DNA of 64,000 nt, taken from positions 25,730,001 through 25,794,000 of the forward strand of contig OX597839.1 in NCBI GenBank assembly GCA_951406725.2. The letters are read 5' to 3'. Shown here piece by piece: positions 1 to 10,993 of this stretch. Under the pieces are notes generated by a model that saw only the letters and a program-made list of their open reading frames with translations, had not been told where the DNA came from and did no database searches. Made by a program: the position numbers and the translations under genes. Origin of the DNA: Octopus vulgaris (taxonomy: Eukaryota). How positions within the stretch are numbered: position 1 is the first letter of the stretch; each line of letters starts with the position of its first letter.

Positions 1-1232
1 TGGCAATTTGGAGCGAAGGGGTTGTTAATTCAATTACATCGACCCCAGTGCTCAACTGGTGTTTATTTCATTGACCCCGAATGAATGAAAGGCGATGTCG
101 ACCGCGGGATTTGAACTCAGAACGTAGCTTGTTAACGGTTTTCAAATTTTTCCAAAAGGTTGGCAATTTGGAGCGATGGGGTTAATTTGATTACATCGAC
201 CCCCAGTGCTCAACTGGTGTTTATTTCATTGACCCCCGAATGAATGAAAGGCGATGTCAACTGCGGGATTTGAACTCAGAACGTAGCTTGTTAACGGTTT
301 TCAAATTTTTCCAAAAGGTTGGCAATTTGGAGCGAAGGGGTTAATTCGATTACATCGACCCCAGTGCTCAACTGGTGTTTATTTCATTGACCCCCGAATG
401 AATGAAAGGCGATGTCGACCGCGGGATTTGAACTCAGAACGTAGCTTGTTAACGGTTTTCAAATTTTTCCAAAAGGTTGGCAATTTGGAGCGAAGGGTTA
501 ATTCGATTACATCGACCCCAGTGCTCAACTGGTGTTTATTTCATTGACCCCGAATGAATGAAAGGCGATGTCGACTGCGGATTTGAACTCAGAACGTAGC
601 TTGTTAACGGTTTTCAAATTTTTCCAAAAGGTTGGCAATTTGGAGCGAAGGGTTAATTCGATTACATCGACCCCAGTGCTCAACTGGTGTTTATTTCATT
701 GACCCCCGAATGAATGAAAAGCGATGTCGACCACATGATTTGAACTCAGAACGTAGCTTGTTAACGGTTTTCAAATTTTTCCAAAAGGTTGGCAATTTGG
801 AGCGAAGGGGTTGTTAATTCAATTACATCGACCCCAGTGCTCAACTGGTGTTTATTTCATTGACCCCCGAATGAATGAAAGGCGATGTCGACCGCGGGAT
901 TTGAACTCAGAACGTAGCTTGTTAACGGTTTTCAAATTTTTCCAAAAGGTTGGCAATTTGGAGCGAAGGGGGTTAATTCGATTACATCGACCCCAGTGCT
1001 CAACTGGTGTTTATTTCATTGACCCCGAATGAATGAAAGGCGATGTCGACCGCAGGATTTGAACTCAGAACGTAGCTTCTTAACGGTTTTCAAATTTTTC
1101 CAAAAGGTTGGCAATTTGGAGCGATGGGGTTAATTCGATTACATCGACCCCCAGTGCTCAACTGGTGTTTATTTCATTGACCCCCGAATGAATGAAAGGC
1201 GATGTCAACTGCGGGATTTGAACTCAGAACGT
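1..1232 (-). repeat. Tandem array of ~158-bp units derived from the internal part of SINE family B (8 units, runs off the window start)
   Basis: Unit start TGGCAATTTGGAGCGA recurs at 1, 161, 320, 478, 633, 790, 951 and 1109. Each unit contains CATCGACCCCAGTG..ACTGGT and ATTTGAACTCAGAACGTA, shared with dispersed family B copies. Confidence 0.92.
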
Positions 1233-1319
1233 AAAGAACCGAAAAAGCGCTGCTGAGCATTTTGTTCGACGCGCAAACAATTGTACGAGCTCACCGCTTC
1301 GACAGTGTCATTATAGTGA

Positions 1320-1855
1320 TTTCAAATTTTGGCACAAGGCCAGCAATTTTGGGAGGAGTAAGTCGATTACATCGACCCCAGTGTTTAACTGGTACTTAAT
1401 TTATCGATCCTGAAAGGATGAAAAGCAAAGTGAATCTCGGCGGAATTTGAACTCAGAACATAACGACGGACGAAATGTCGCTAAGCATTTCGTCCGGCGT
1501 GCAAACGATTCTGCCAACTCAACGCCTTAGAACTTAACTAAATAATCCTTTCTACTAAAGGTACAAGGTTCAAAATTTTGGGGCAGGGAGCCAGTCGATT
1601 AGATTGACCCCAGTACGCAACTGGTACTTAATTTATCGACCCGGAAAAGATGAAAGGCAAAGTCGACCTCGGCAGAATTTGAACTCAGAACGTAAAGACG
1701 AAAGAAATACCTATTTCTTTACTATCCACAAGGGGCTAAACATAGAGGGGACAAATAAGGACAGACAAACGGATTAAGTCGATTACATCGACCCCAGTGC
1801 GTAGCTGGTACTTATTTAATCGACCCCGAAAGGATGAAAGGCAAAGTCGACCTCC
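1320..1855 (-). mobile_element. Cluster of three diverged SINE family B fragments
   Basis: Repeated GTCGATTACATCGACCCCAGT..CTGGTACTTAATTTATCGACCCCGAAAGGATGAAAGGCAAAGTCGACCTC motifs. Confidence 0.8.
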
Positions 1856-2045
1856 TAGCATTGCTTGACAACCGATGCTGGTGTGTTTATGTCCCCGTTA
1901 CTTAGCGGTTCGGCAAAAGAGACCGATAGAATAAGTACTGGGCTTACAAAAAAGAATAAGTCCCGGGGTTGAGTTGCTCGATTGAAGGCGGTGCTCCAGC
2001 ATGGCCGCAGTCAAATGACTGAAACAAATAAAAGAGAAAAGAAAG
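1855..2045 (+). mobile_element. SINE family A, 3' half
   Basis: GCTTGACAACCGATGCTGG...GGCCGCAGTCAAATGACTGAAACAA tail. Confidence 0.85.
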
Positions 2046-2201
2046 AGAGATATGTCCCCTTCTTTTTCAGTGTATTCCTTTCTTTCTTTCTTTCATTTTT
2101 TCTTTCTTTCATTTCATTATATGTAAACCCCAACACGTTATGTCTGTCTTTGTATTGTCCTCCTTGTCCTTTGCCCTTGGGGCAAATAAATGAAATCACT
2201 A

Positions 2202-2555
2202 TTAGCTCCACCTTAGCGAAGGCAGAGGTATTGTTTTCAGTCGCGTTTGTTTGTCTGTGGGACAAAATATCTCAAGAACCGCTGGATGGATTCGGATGTT
2301 TGGCCTCGTGACTGGCAAGAACTGATTAGATTTTGGGATCAATCCGGTACCAGGCAAGGATTCTGGATTGTTTTTCCGTTTTTTGTTTTTTTACTTAATT
2401 ATTGAGAGCGGTTTGGTTCATTTTTAGTATTCTCATTTGTGAGAGCAGTTGAGTTTATTTCAGATATTCTCATTTTAAAAATCATCTCCGGCTGATCCTT
2501 GAGAGGATATTAATATTGCCTTGGCAGAGGTTTGCGCTCTCTGAGTGCTCTTGTT
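2202..2555 (+). mobile_element. Helentron/DINE-1-like non-autonomous element (HINE)
   Basis: Starts TTAGCTCCACCTT..AAGGCAGAGGTA (5' inverted motif), has a (GTTT/GTCT) tract, a 3' GGCAGAGGT and a terminal hairpin GCGCTCTCTGAGTGC. Second copy at 60512. Confidence 0.65.
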
Positions 2556-2562
2556 TTACTTA

Positions 2563-2792
2563 TAATAATAATAATAATGAAATTATTGTATACAGTGCTC
2601 AGGTGCACCACAACTTGTCAGACAGTGCATATAAAGTACATGCAGTAATGTAGAAATGTCTGGAAAGCGAACAATGTATGAGTCAGATACATGCTTGCGT
2701 GTGTATGGAGGGGAGAAAATCAAGTGTAGTGTTGGCGAATCTCAGGAAGCATGGAAGTTTTGAAGGATGCAGTGCTCCGACAACTAACAACT
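2563..2792 (-). mobile_element. CR1-group LINE 3' end fragment with (TTA)n tail
   Basis: Reverse complement matches the 3' end seen at 13890-14310 and 34748-35220. Confidence 0.8.
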
Positions 2793-2832
2793 TCTTCTTA
2801 TTATTATTATTCTTATTATTATTATAAATATT

Positions 2833-3045
2833 GCGGCGAGCTGGCAGAATCGTTAGAGCGCTGGACGAAATGCTTATTGGCATTTCGCCCGTCTTTACGT
2901 CCTGAGTTCAAATTTGGCGGAGGTCGACTTTGCCTTTCATCCTTTCGAGATCGCTAAATTAAGTACCAGTTATGCACTGGGGTCGATATAATCGACTAGT
3001 CCCCACCCCACAAATCTGAGGCCTTGTGCCTCCAGTAGAAAGGAC
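2833..3045 (+). mobile_element. SINE family B (tRNA-derived head, Meta-like central domain)
   Basis: GGCGAGCTGGCAGAATCG (A box), GAGTTCAAATT (B box), then CTTTCATCCTTTCG..TAAATTAAGTACCAG. Confidence 0.75.
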
Positions 3046-3061
3046 TATCATTATTATTATT

Positions 3062-3456
3062 CTCTTTTGTTCTTTTACTTGTTTCAGTCATTTGACTGCG
3101 GCCATGCTGGAGCACCGCCTTTAGTCGAGCAAATCGACCCTGGGACTTATTCTTTGTAAGCCCAGTACTTATTCTATCGGTCTCTTTTGCCGAACCGCTA
3201 AGTGACGGGGACGTAAACACACCAGCATCGGTTGTCAAGCAATGCTAGGGGGACAAACACAGACACACAAACTTATATATATATACATATATACGACAGG
3301 CTTCTTTCAGTTTCCGTCTACCAAATCCACTCACAAGGCATTGGTCGGCCCGGGGCTATAGCAGAAGGCACTTGCCCAAGATGCCACGCAGTGGGACTGA
3401 ACCCGGAACCATGTGGTTGGGTAGCAAGCTACTTACCACACAGCCACTCCTGCGCC
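3062..3456 (-). mobile_element. SINE family A, full length (tRNA-derived, CORE-type)
   Basis: Minus strand reads GGCGCAGGAGTGGCTGTGTGG (A box), GGTTCAGTCCC (B box), CTTGGGCAAGT (CORE motif), internal (TA)/(TG) tract, AAGTAAAAGA tail. Confidence 0.9.
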
Positions 3457-3911
3457 TTATTATTATTATTATTATGACATTACTACATCAATCAAATCAG
3501 ATAGGTCCAATAATAGAAAAGTAATGTTTCAAAGTCCGCCCAGAAATGTTTCTACGTACGTTTCGGCGATGATGTTTTTCGGCAGGATGTTCAAAGTGTT
3601 TCTATTGCCCGGCAAAATGCGTGGGGCAGGAGGAAGGCACTTGCACCCCTGCACGCCCTTTTCCCCGAGCCTATGGTAAGATAGGAGTTACCGTATATAG
3701 GGGGATTTGTGCATGGCAGCTCCCAGTTTGATTAGAGCCACACACGAAACGGCTCTTGATATACTTGTATCACTTTCTGTTGATTAAGACCAATTTTTTA
3801 GAAAAGTATATTCACTCATATGCCCATGGGCATATAACGTTGTGGTTAAGAGCGCGGGCAACTAACCCCAAGATTCCGAGTTCGATTCCAGGCAGTGACC
3901 TGAATAATAAC

Positions 3912-4123
3912 TCTTTTTTCTCTTTTTACTTGTTTCAGTCATTTGACTGCGGCCATGCTGGAGCACCGCCTTTAGTCGAGCAAATCGACCCCGGGACTTA
4001 TTCTTTGGAAGCCCAGTACTTATTCTATCGGTCTCTTTTGCTGAACCGCTAAGTGACGGGGACGTAAACACACCAGCATCGGTTGTCAAGCAATGCTGGG
4101 GGGACAAACAAAGACACAAAAAC

Positions 4124-4154
<31 letters not shown>

Positions 4155-4318
4155 CAACAGGCTTCTTTCAGTTTCCGTCTACCAAATCCACTCACAAGGC
4201 TTTGGTCGGCCCGGGGCTATAGCAGAAGACACTTGCCCAAGATGCCACGCAGTGGGACTGAACCCGGAACCATGTGGTTGGTAAGCAAGCTACTTACCAC
4301 ACAGCCACTCCTGCGCCT
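3912..4318 (-). mobile_element. SINE family A, full length, nested in the tRNA-hammerhead element
   Basis: Same sequence as 3062-3456, inserted in the AAT/AAC tract of the host. Confidence 0.9.
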
Positions 4319-4383
4319 ATAACAACAACAACAACATAGAAAAATACCTTAGGAATGAGAACCCAGGTTCGAAATTTACCCAA

Positions 4384-4429
4384 GATACCTGATGAAGGCT
4401 AGAGAGTATATCAGCTGAAACGTTGTGTT
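4384..4429 (+). ncRNA. Minimal type I hammerhead ribozyme motif
   Basis: GAUAC-CUGAUGA-A-GGCU..AGCU-GAAA-CGUU-GUGUU. Stem I GAUAC/GUGUU, stem II GGCU/AGCU, palindromic ACGU stem III, predicted GUU cleavage site. Confidence 0.7.
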
Positions 4430-4674
4430 AACAACAAACCAGATGAGGACAAATATCCGTCAAATGTAAATAATGTAAATAATGTACATAATTCCTCATC
4501 TCTTAAATATAAAACTGTATATTCACTCATATTTTAAGTTCTCTTTCTCCCATTTGCTTTACTAAACAGGTGAGTGTTATATATAATTCAAATTTACAGA
4601 AAACAAAAGACGAAAACAGATGTAGGATCAACAAGCAGGTGTATTAGTTTAACGCTTGGGAAGAATGGAAGAGA

Positions 4675-4711
4675 TTTTTACATTTCGAACCTATGCTCTT
4701 CGACAGAAAGG
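4675..4711 (-). ncRNA. Degenerate minimal hammerhead motif in a Penelope-like terminal repeat fragment (~4590-4745)
   Basis: Minus strand reads CCUUU-CUGUCGA-A-GAGC AUAG GUUC-GAAA-UGUA-AAAA. Flanks are homologous to 6920-7098. Confidence 0.45.
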
Positions 4712-4781
4712 ATTTTTTAAAAAAACGGAGAGAGAAAAAGAAAATGTGTAGAGATTAACGGTTCAACATAATAAAAATATA

Positions 4782-5102
4782 TACAGGGTGGGCCAGAGAG
4801 GAGAGACTTTTTTGAAATGGCTATTACTCAGCCCTAAGGGGAAGGGGAATATGTCCGACAGATACCATTCAGTCAGTGGTGTCTTAGTATTTTCTTTTTT
4901 TGTGTCTTTTCAGATCAAGCTATGGTGCCGTGAACGATGAAGCATCGAGTGTTTGGCTACAGCAGTTACATGAAGAATAACGAGTCTGTCACAGCAGTTC
5001 AGCGTGAGTTTCGGCGCTATTTCAACCTTCACCGAAATCGGGTTGTTCCCACCTGTGACACAATCTTACGATGGGTGAATGCACTTCGTACACGAGGTAC
5101 AC
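4782..5102 (+). mobile_element. Tc1/mariner-superfamily 5' fragment (TIR plus N-terminal HTH of transposase)
   Basis: TA-CAGGGTG terminus at 4782. ORF 4937 encodes KNNESVTAVQREFRRYF..PTCDTILRWVNALRTRGT, a DUF4817-like HTH. Confidence 0.7.
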
Positions 5103-5440
5103 TGGAGTGGAAGCACTCCGTCGGTTACGACGACGAGGGTTCCGGTTGATCCGATCAACAGAACAGCCTAAAACAAGTAAAAGAATTTTAAGAAATTAGA
5201 AAACATTCGCTACTAAGAGGTAGAAAGTTTTACTCTAAAATTAGCTTAGTCCATTGCGCCACAAGCACTAAGCCGCGGCACGTTTGTGTGTCACAGTGTA
5301 CTTTTAATTATATTTTTAGCTCGGGTGTGCCACGGAATTCTGAAAAGATAGGTGTACCGTAAGTGAAAAAAAGGTTGCGGGATTGGGTTAGGCTGGGCCT
5401 TAAAATTTCGACCAACGACTTGTGTGTATGTGTGTGTGTG

Positions 5441-5622
5441 AGAGATAGAGAGAGGGGGAGAGAAAGAGAAAGGGAGAAAGAGAGAGAGAGAGAGGAGAGA
5501 AAGAGAGATAGGGGAGAGAAGGAGAGAGGGGAGAGAGAGAGAAAGAGGGGGGAGAAAGAAAGAGAGGGGGAGAGAGAGAGAGAGAGAGGGGGGAGAGAGA
5601 AAGAGAAAGAGAGGGAGAGAGA
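5441..5622. repeat. (GA)-rich microsatellite
   Basis: Direct observation. Confidence 0.95.
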
Positions 5623-5980
5623 AATCACTTTTCTTCCGAATTTAGCCACGTCTTATGATCTGAAAACTAGATTTCATGTTGTCACGTTTAAACAGTTGGA
5701 AATATTCTTCTTATGACATCGCGCAACTGTCAACAGTTTGTTACGTTTTTGCAAACAAAGACTTTATTTGATAAAGTGATGTAATCCAATTTTCTCTTTT
5801 TTTTTAAATACTTGTCACGGCGGTCGCCCTAACTAATACAACCCACCTCCGCCGCCAACCTGTTGTACAACTTACCTGTCTGTCACCTGGCAATCAAACC
5901 ACGATTGCAAGGTAAAAAAAGAGAAACAAGTCGCTGACGATAAACAGTCCAAGGGAAGTAACTCGAATATCATCACGGCT

Positions 5981-6136
5981 TTCTTTTACTTGTTTCAGTC
6001 ATTTGACTGTGGCCATGCTGGAGCACCGCCTTTAGTCGAGCAAATCGACCCCCCAGGACTTATTCTTTGCCGAACAGCTAAGCTACGGGGACATAAACAC
6101 ACCAACATCGGTTGTCAAGTGATGGAGGGGGGACAA

Positions 6137-6186
<50 letters not shown>

Positions 6187-6472
6187 ATCACGTGACCGAC
6201 CAGTCCATCAGATGTAGTTACACATCGCTGGTCACAATGCGCTTCGCATTGTTTTAGCCTTCGAATGACGCCACCCTGCTGGCTAAGCGAGCAGGCCAAC
6301 AGAAGAAAGAGTGGTGAAAGCGTACGGCAGGGGTCACCACCACCCCCTGCCGGAGCCTCGTGGAGCTTTTAGGTGTTTTCGCTCAATAAACACTCACAAC
6401 GCCCGGTCTGGGAATCGAAACCGCGAGTCCGCTGCCCTAACCACTGGGCCATTGCGCCCCCACATGTATATA

Positions 6473-6510
<38 letters not shown>

Positions 6511-6680
6511 CATACATATATATATATACGACGGGCTTCCTTCAGTTTCCGTCTACCAAATCCACTCACAAGGCTTTGGTCGGCCCGGGGCTATAGCAGA
6601 AGACACTTGCCCAAGGTGCCACGCAGTGGGACTGAACCCGGAACCATGTGGTTGGAAAGCAAACTTCTTCCCACACAGCC
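5981..6680 (-). mobile_element. SINE family A split by a family C SINE inserted in its (TA)n tract
   Basis: 3' part 5981-6180, 5' part ~6520-6680. Confidence 0.8.
6181..6463 (-). mobile_element. SINE family C (tRNA-derived), variant tail
   Basis: Minus strand reads GGGGGCGCAATGGCCCAGTGGTTAGGGCAGCGGACTCGCGGTTTCGATTCCC. Head matches 53871 and 60286. Confidence 0.8.
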
Positions 6681-6960
6681 AAACATCGAACTATCATTGC
6701 ATTTACAACATCAGTTTTACTTTTTGATTTTTACTTGTTTTAGTCATGAGGCTGCGGCCATGCTGCAGCACTGCCTTGAAACATATATTAGTCGAATGCA
6801 TCGATTCCTGTACTTATTGTTTGTCTTTTTTTGTTTTTTATTTAAGTGTGGTATTTATTCTCTTGGTCACTTAGCCGAACTGTTAAGTTACATGGACATA
6901 AACACACACACACACATTTTTTTTCTCTCCTTGTTTCTCTCCGTGTTTCTTTTCTGTGTA

Positions 6961-6998
6961 TCTTTCTGTTGAAGAGCGTAGGCTCGAAACGTAAAAGA
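6961..6998 (+). ncRNA. Minimal hammerhead motif (CUGUUGA core variant) in a Penelope-like repeat fragment (~6920-7098)
   Basis: UCUUU-CUGUUGA-A-GAGC GUAG GCUC-GAAA-CGUA-AAAGA. Perfect stems I and II, ACGU palindrome, GUA site. Confidence 0.6.
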
Positions 6999-7282
6999 CT
7001 TGTTTTATTTATATTCCTGAGCGCCATACTAATACAATTGTTTGTTTGTATTCCACCTGCCTTCGTCTTTTGTTTATTTTCATAAAGCTTCCCGTTATAT
7101 ATATATATATATATACATATATACATTTTTTTCTATTTGTAGGTTAACATGAAACCATTGGTAGCCTTGTTCACCAACAAGTAAAGAATATTTATTCACC
7201 AGTGCATTGTTGAGCACACATTCTCACTGTTCGATATTAATGTGCGTGTGTGTGAGTGTGTGTATGTGTGTGTGTGTGTGTG

Positions 7283-8400
7283 ATGGATTCTCTCGTCATG
7301 AACAACAAATGAGGGTTCAGTAAAATAAAGCGGTAATATTATTCTATGGACATGAATGTGTCTCTTGAGGCCTCTTGGTGCCCTTGCAGACCTTTCGGCA
7401 AATGGAACAAGTTGAGGACTCAATTTGCTTGGGTGCTTGTGGATCATTTCTCAATTGTTTTCTTGAGTGGACGGCAAGGCCTGTTCTGCTTTGTACCACA
7501 AAACCACACAATGACAGGTAAGGTCTCCATTAAGAGGAGTAATTTTGATATTAATCTCATGGATTTCTCTATAATCTTGTCGAGTACAAGTTTACCATTC
7601 TTAAGCAAAAATATTGGTAACGTACCTACATACAAGTATACACATTTATTTACATTCATAAATACATCTATAATATATATAATATATAATATATATATAT
7701 ATATAATATATATATTATATATATATATAATATACACATTATATATATATAATATACACATATATACACATATACATATATACACACACACATGTACATA
7801 CACACACATATACATATATACAGACATATATTCACCCACATATACATACACACACTGTTTAAGATCAATGGCAATAAAATGCCTAATATATATGTATATA
7901 TATATATATATATATAACCCTAACCCTAATATATAAATATATATATACACGCAAATATATACATGTATATACATATACACAAATACCCGCACATAACACA
8001 TACAGACACACACACACCATTTCAATTCATGTTATCTCTCTCACTCGCTGTTTTCCCATTTTCTACACACCTGGGAAAAGGTTTTGTCTATTCATTAATC
8101 AGATAATTATCCAGTTAATCAACAATTTCCAAATTACTACATTACAAACACACAACCCCTACCAACCACATATTTCCTATGTAGAACATTCTCCAGAGAC
8201 ACCTTTTTGTTGATCTTCTACATTAGTTGTACATCTTGGAACTTTCGGCAGGATATTTCACCTGATTAGATATCTAAATTCCTAAATGTGTGAGGTAGCT
8301 TTGACTTTCGTTGAGATTGTGTTACCGTTATTTTTCATGAATATTGGAGTAGGATGTGTATTGAGAGGGAGAGCAAGTTGAGTATGGCATCAGCTGTTTC
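7283..8400 (-). pseudogene. Degraded RTE-type LINE C-terminus, interrupted by a TA/CA microsatellite
   Basis: Frameshifted C2H2 finger TCSICRKVCK / GLKRHIHVH near 7345-7420, and KRCLWRMF near 8185-8210. Confidence 0.45.
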
Positions 8401-8454
8401 AGTGTTTTGCATATTTTACATACATACATACATATATATATATGTATGTATATA

Positions 8455-8760
8455 TCATCATCATCATCATTTAGCGTCCGTTTTCCATGCTAGCATGGGT
8501 TGGACGGTTCAACTGGGGTCTGTGAAGCCAGAAGGCCGCATCAGGCCCAGTCTGATCTGGCAGTGTTTCTACGGCTGGATGCCCTTCCTAACGCCAACCA
8601 CTCCGCAAGTTTCTGTCTACTAAATCCACGGGTGCTTTTTACGTGCCAGACGGGGCTGGGAAACGGCCACGGTCAGATGGTGCTTTTTACGTGCCACTGG
8701 CACGGGGGCCAGGCGAGGCTGGCAATGGCCACGTTTGGATGGTTCGCTTACGTGCCACCT
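8455..8760 (-). mobile_element. RTE-LINE 3' UTR-derived repeat (family D) with (GAT)n tail
   Basis: CATCATCAT..TTAGCGTCCGTTTTCCATGCTAGCATGGGTTGGACGG with GGTGCTTTTTACGTGCCA subrepeats. Same tail as the RTE end at 28376-28921. Confidence 0.8.
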
Positions 8761-8870
8761 AATTGAATAATTAATTATATCATTGATGGTAACTCCTGCC
8801 ATACATCTTGCAGTCATGAAAGCTTACACACACAATTTGTATGATTCTGTATTTACCATATTTAACGTAT

Positions 8871-9253
8871 ACTCTTTTACTTGTTTCAGTCATTTGACTG
8901 CGGCCATGCTGGAGCACCGCCTTTAATCGAGCAAATCGACCCCGGGACTTAGTCTTTGTAAGCCCAGTACTTATTCTATCAGTCTCTTTTGCCAAACCGC
9001 TAAGTAACGGGGACATAAACACACCAGCATCGGTTGTCAAGCAATGCTAGGGGGACAAACACAGACACACAAACACACACACGCATATATATATACACAT
9101 ATATACTTTGGGCTTCTTTCAGTTTCCGTCTACCAAATCCGCTCACAAGGCTTTGGTCGGCCCGAGGCTATAGTAGAAGACACTTGCCCAAGATGCCACG
9201 CAGTGGGACTGAACCTGGAACCATGTGGTTGGTAAACAAGCTACTTACCACAC
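8871..9253 (-). mobile_element. SINE family A
   Basis: Matches family A. Confidence 0.9.
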
Positions 9254-10295
9254 AAAGTAAATGACTATAATGTTTTATACGAACATATGCAAAGTAATAT
9301 GTACTTTGTTTTATGAGACCAAAAATAAATAAAAATTGAAAAAAATGATATAATTCTTTTTAGTTTGTGTTGTTGTTTTTGTGTTTTTATTTCAAAAGTA
9401 TTTCTTTATTTAGCTGTAACGGAAAATTCATAAAACAACATTTCATGTAAGAATAGTAAAAAAAACAACTATTAGAATTAGTAAACTAGTATTGTTATGA
9501 ACAGCATGGAAGTGAATCATCATCATCATCATCATCATCATTTAACATCCGTTTTCCATGCTGGTATGGGTTGGACGGATAGAAAAACTGATAAGCTGGG
9601 AGGAACCACACCAGGTTTCAACTTGATTTGACATGGTTTCTGGTGCAGTTCCCCAGTTTACTAGTTTTCAATCAAACCACCCAGGAAATATATAAAAAAC
9701 AGACTTGATATATATATTTTTTTTTTGATAAGCAGTTTAGTAAAATAACAATTTAGTAAAATATGTTTGATAAAACAACTTAGTAAAATAACTTATTAAT
9801 TTAGCGCTTGGAACAAATTAACCTGAAATTTTGAAGGAAGGTTTTCATTTCAATCACTTTAAACCTTTTGTTACCATTTTTCTGTTGAAACTCATTGCTT
9901 TTCTTCAACGAACGAATTTTTCAAAAAAATGAAGAATTTAGTAAATTAACTTTGGAACATCAATTTATGTGAAACTTTGAAGATCACTTACAGAGTGTTT
10001 AGGTTAGATTTGAGAACCTTTTTTTTTTCTTAGGTTTCATTTTTCTCAGGAAAAAATAAAAGTTAAATGAAGAAGAGATATCGTTTCGGATGGCAACTCT
10101 TGTTATTGTGAATTTTCCTTTTCTTTTCTTTTTTCATGAATTTGGGAATCCTATAAAATTAAGAAATAAAATAAGAGGAAACTTAAAAGTTAAAAAAGCC
10201 AAGATCCATTCATAAATAATGAAGTGTTCATACAAGGAAATAAAAAAGGGAATTTTTCTTTTTTTTTTTTTTTAGAAACTAATTTTATGTCATAA

Positions 10296-10771
10296 CCCTT
10301 TTGTTACCAACCCAGCTGAAACCGGTTCTGGCTCTGAGTACAAACGTCTTGTTTTCATAACTTTTGAATTAAAATCTTCCACCAAACCTTAGTCACAATT
10401 TATGTTCCTAACATTAAATAAGTAAGGTGTTTTACTAAATTCTTTGTCTGGCACCGTGCGGTGGCACGTAAAATGCACCAATCCAACCATGTCCGATGCC
10501 AGCCTCGCCTGGCACCAGTGCAGGTGGCACGTAAAAAAGCACCCACTACACTCACGGAGTGGTTGGCGTTAGGAAGGGCATCCAGCTGTAGAAACATTGC
10601 TAGATAAGACCGGAGCCTGGTGCAGCCTTCTGGCTTCCCAGATCCCCGGTTGAACCGTCCAACCCATGCTAGCATGGAGAAGCGGACGTTAAACGATGAT
10701 GATGATGATGATGATTTAAAGTAATTGAAAGAAACATAGAACATCTCAAAATAAATACAGTAACGAAAGGA
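10296..10771. mobile_element. piggyBac-like MITE containing a nested family D insertion (10448-10715, +)
   Basis: CCCTTTTGTTACC...GTAACGAAAGGA-TTAA ends. Reverse-orientation relative of 61990-62212. Confidence 0.65.
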
Positions 10772-10993
10772 TTAAGTCAGTCACGGTCAAACTGCAACCC
10801 ACAGGACTTTCTGAATGGCATGCCTTACAAAAAATTACCATGAATTTTTAAGTAGATGATGAGTCATCTCTCATGCAGCCCTCTTCTCAAAAATGGCAGC
10901 CGATGCTTGTCTGAAGTTCTTAAAAAGGACCTTCTCTCGACTATCATGTCCACAATATTCTACAGATGCTTTTTCATAAAAGTAAACATTACA

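Larger units (their letters stand above)
3822..4516 (+). mobile_element. Short element with tRNA-Ile-like head and hammerhead ribozyme motif (interrupted by a family A SINE)
   Basis: Flanked by GTATATTCACTCATAT at 3806-3821 and 4517-4532. Head contains TGGTTAAGAGCGCGGG..CTAACCCCAAG..GAGTTCGATTCC. Second copy at 44750-45118. Confidence 0.75.

Noticed and set aside
1-1232. CRISPR-like regular repeats (also 49005-49222 and 19955-20190)
   Set aside because: No unique spacers and no cas genes; plain tandem repeats in eukaryotic DNA.
2996-3477. Recurrent short ORFs (…KAVLQHGRSQMTET…, …CPRCHAVGLNPEPCGW)
   Set aside because: Chance frames in SINE family A, repeated at every copy; not a gene family.
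3545-3592. Minus-strand GAAACGTACGTAG resembling a hammerhead 3' half
   Set aside because: The upstream CTGCCGA has no pairing stem II or stem I; more likely repeated GCCGAAA motifs of a DNA transposon remnant.
4440-4465. Possible second hammerhead (CAGATGAGGAC..TCCGTC) in the tRNA-hammerhead element
   Set aside because: Lacks CTGA and GAAA in both copies.
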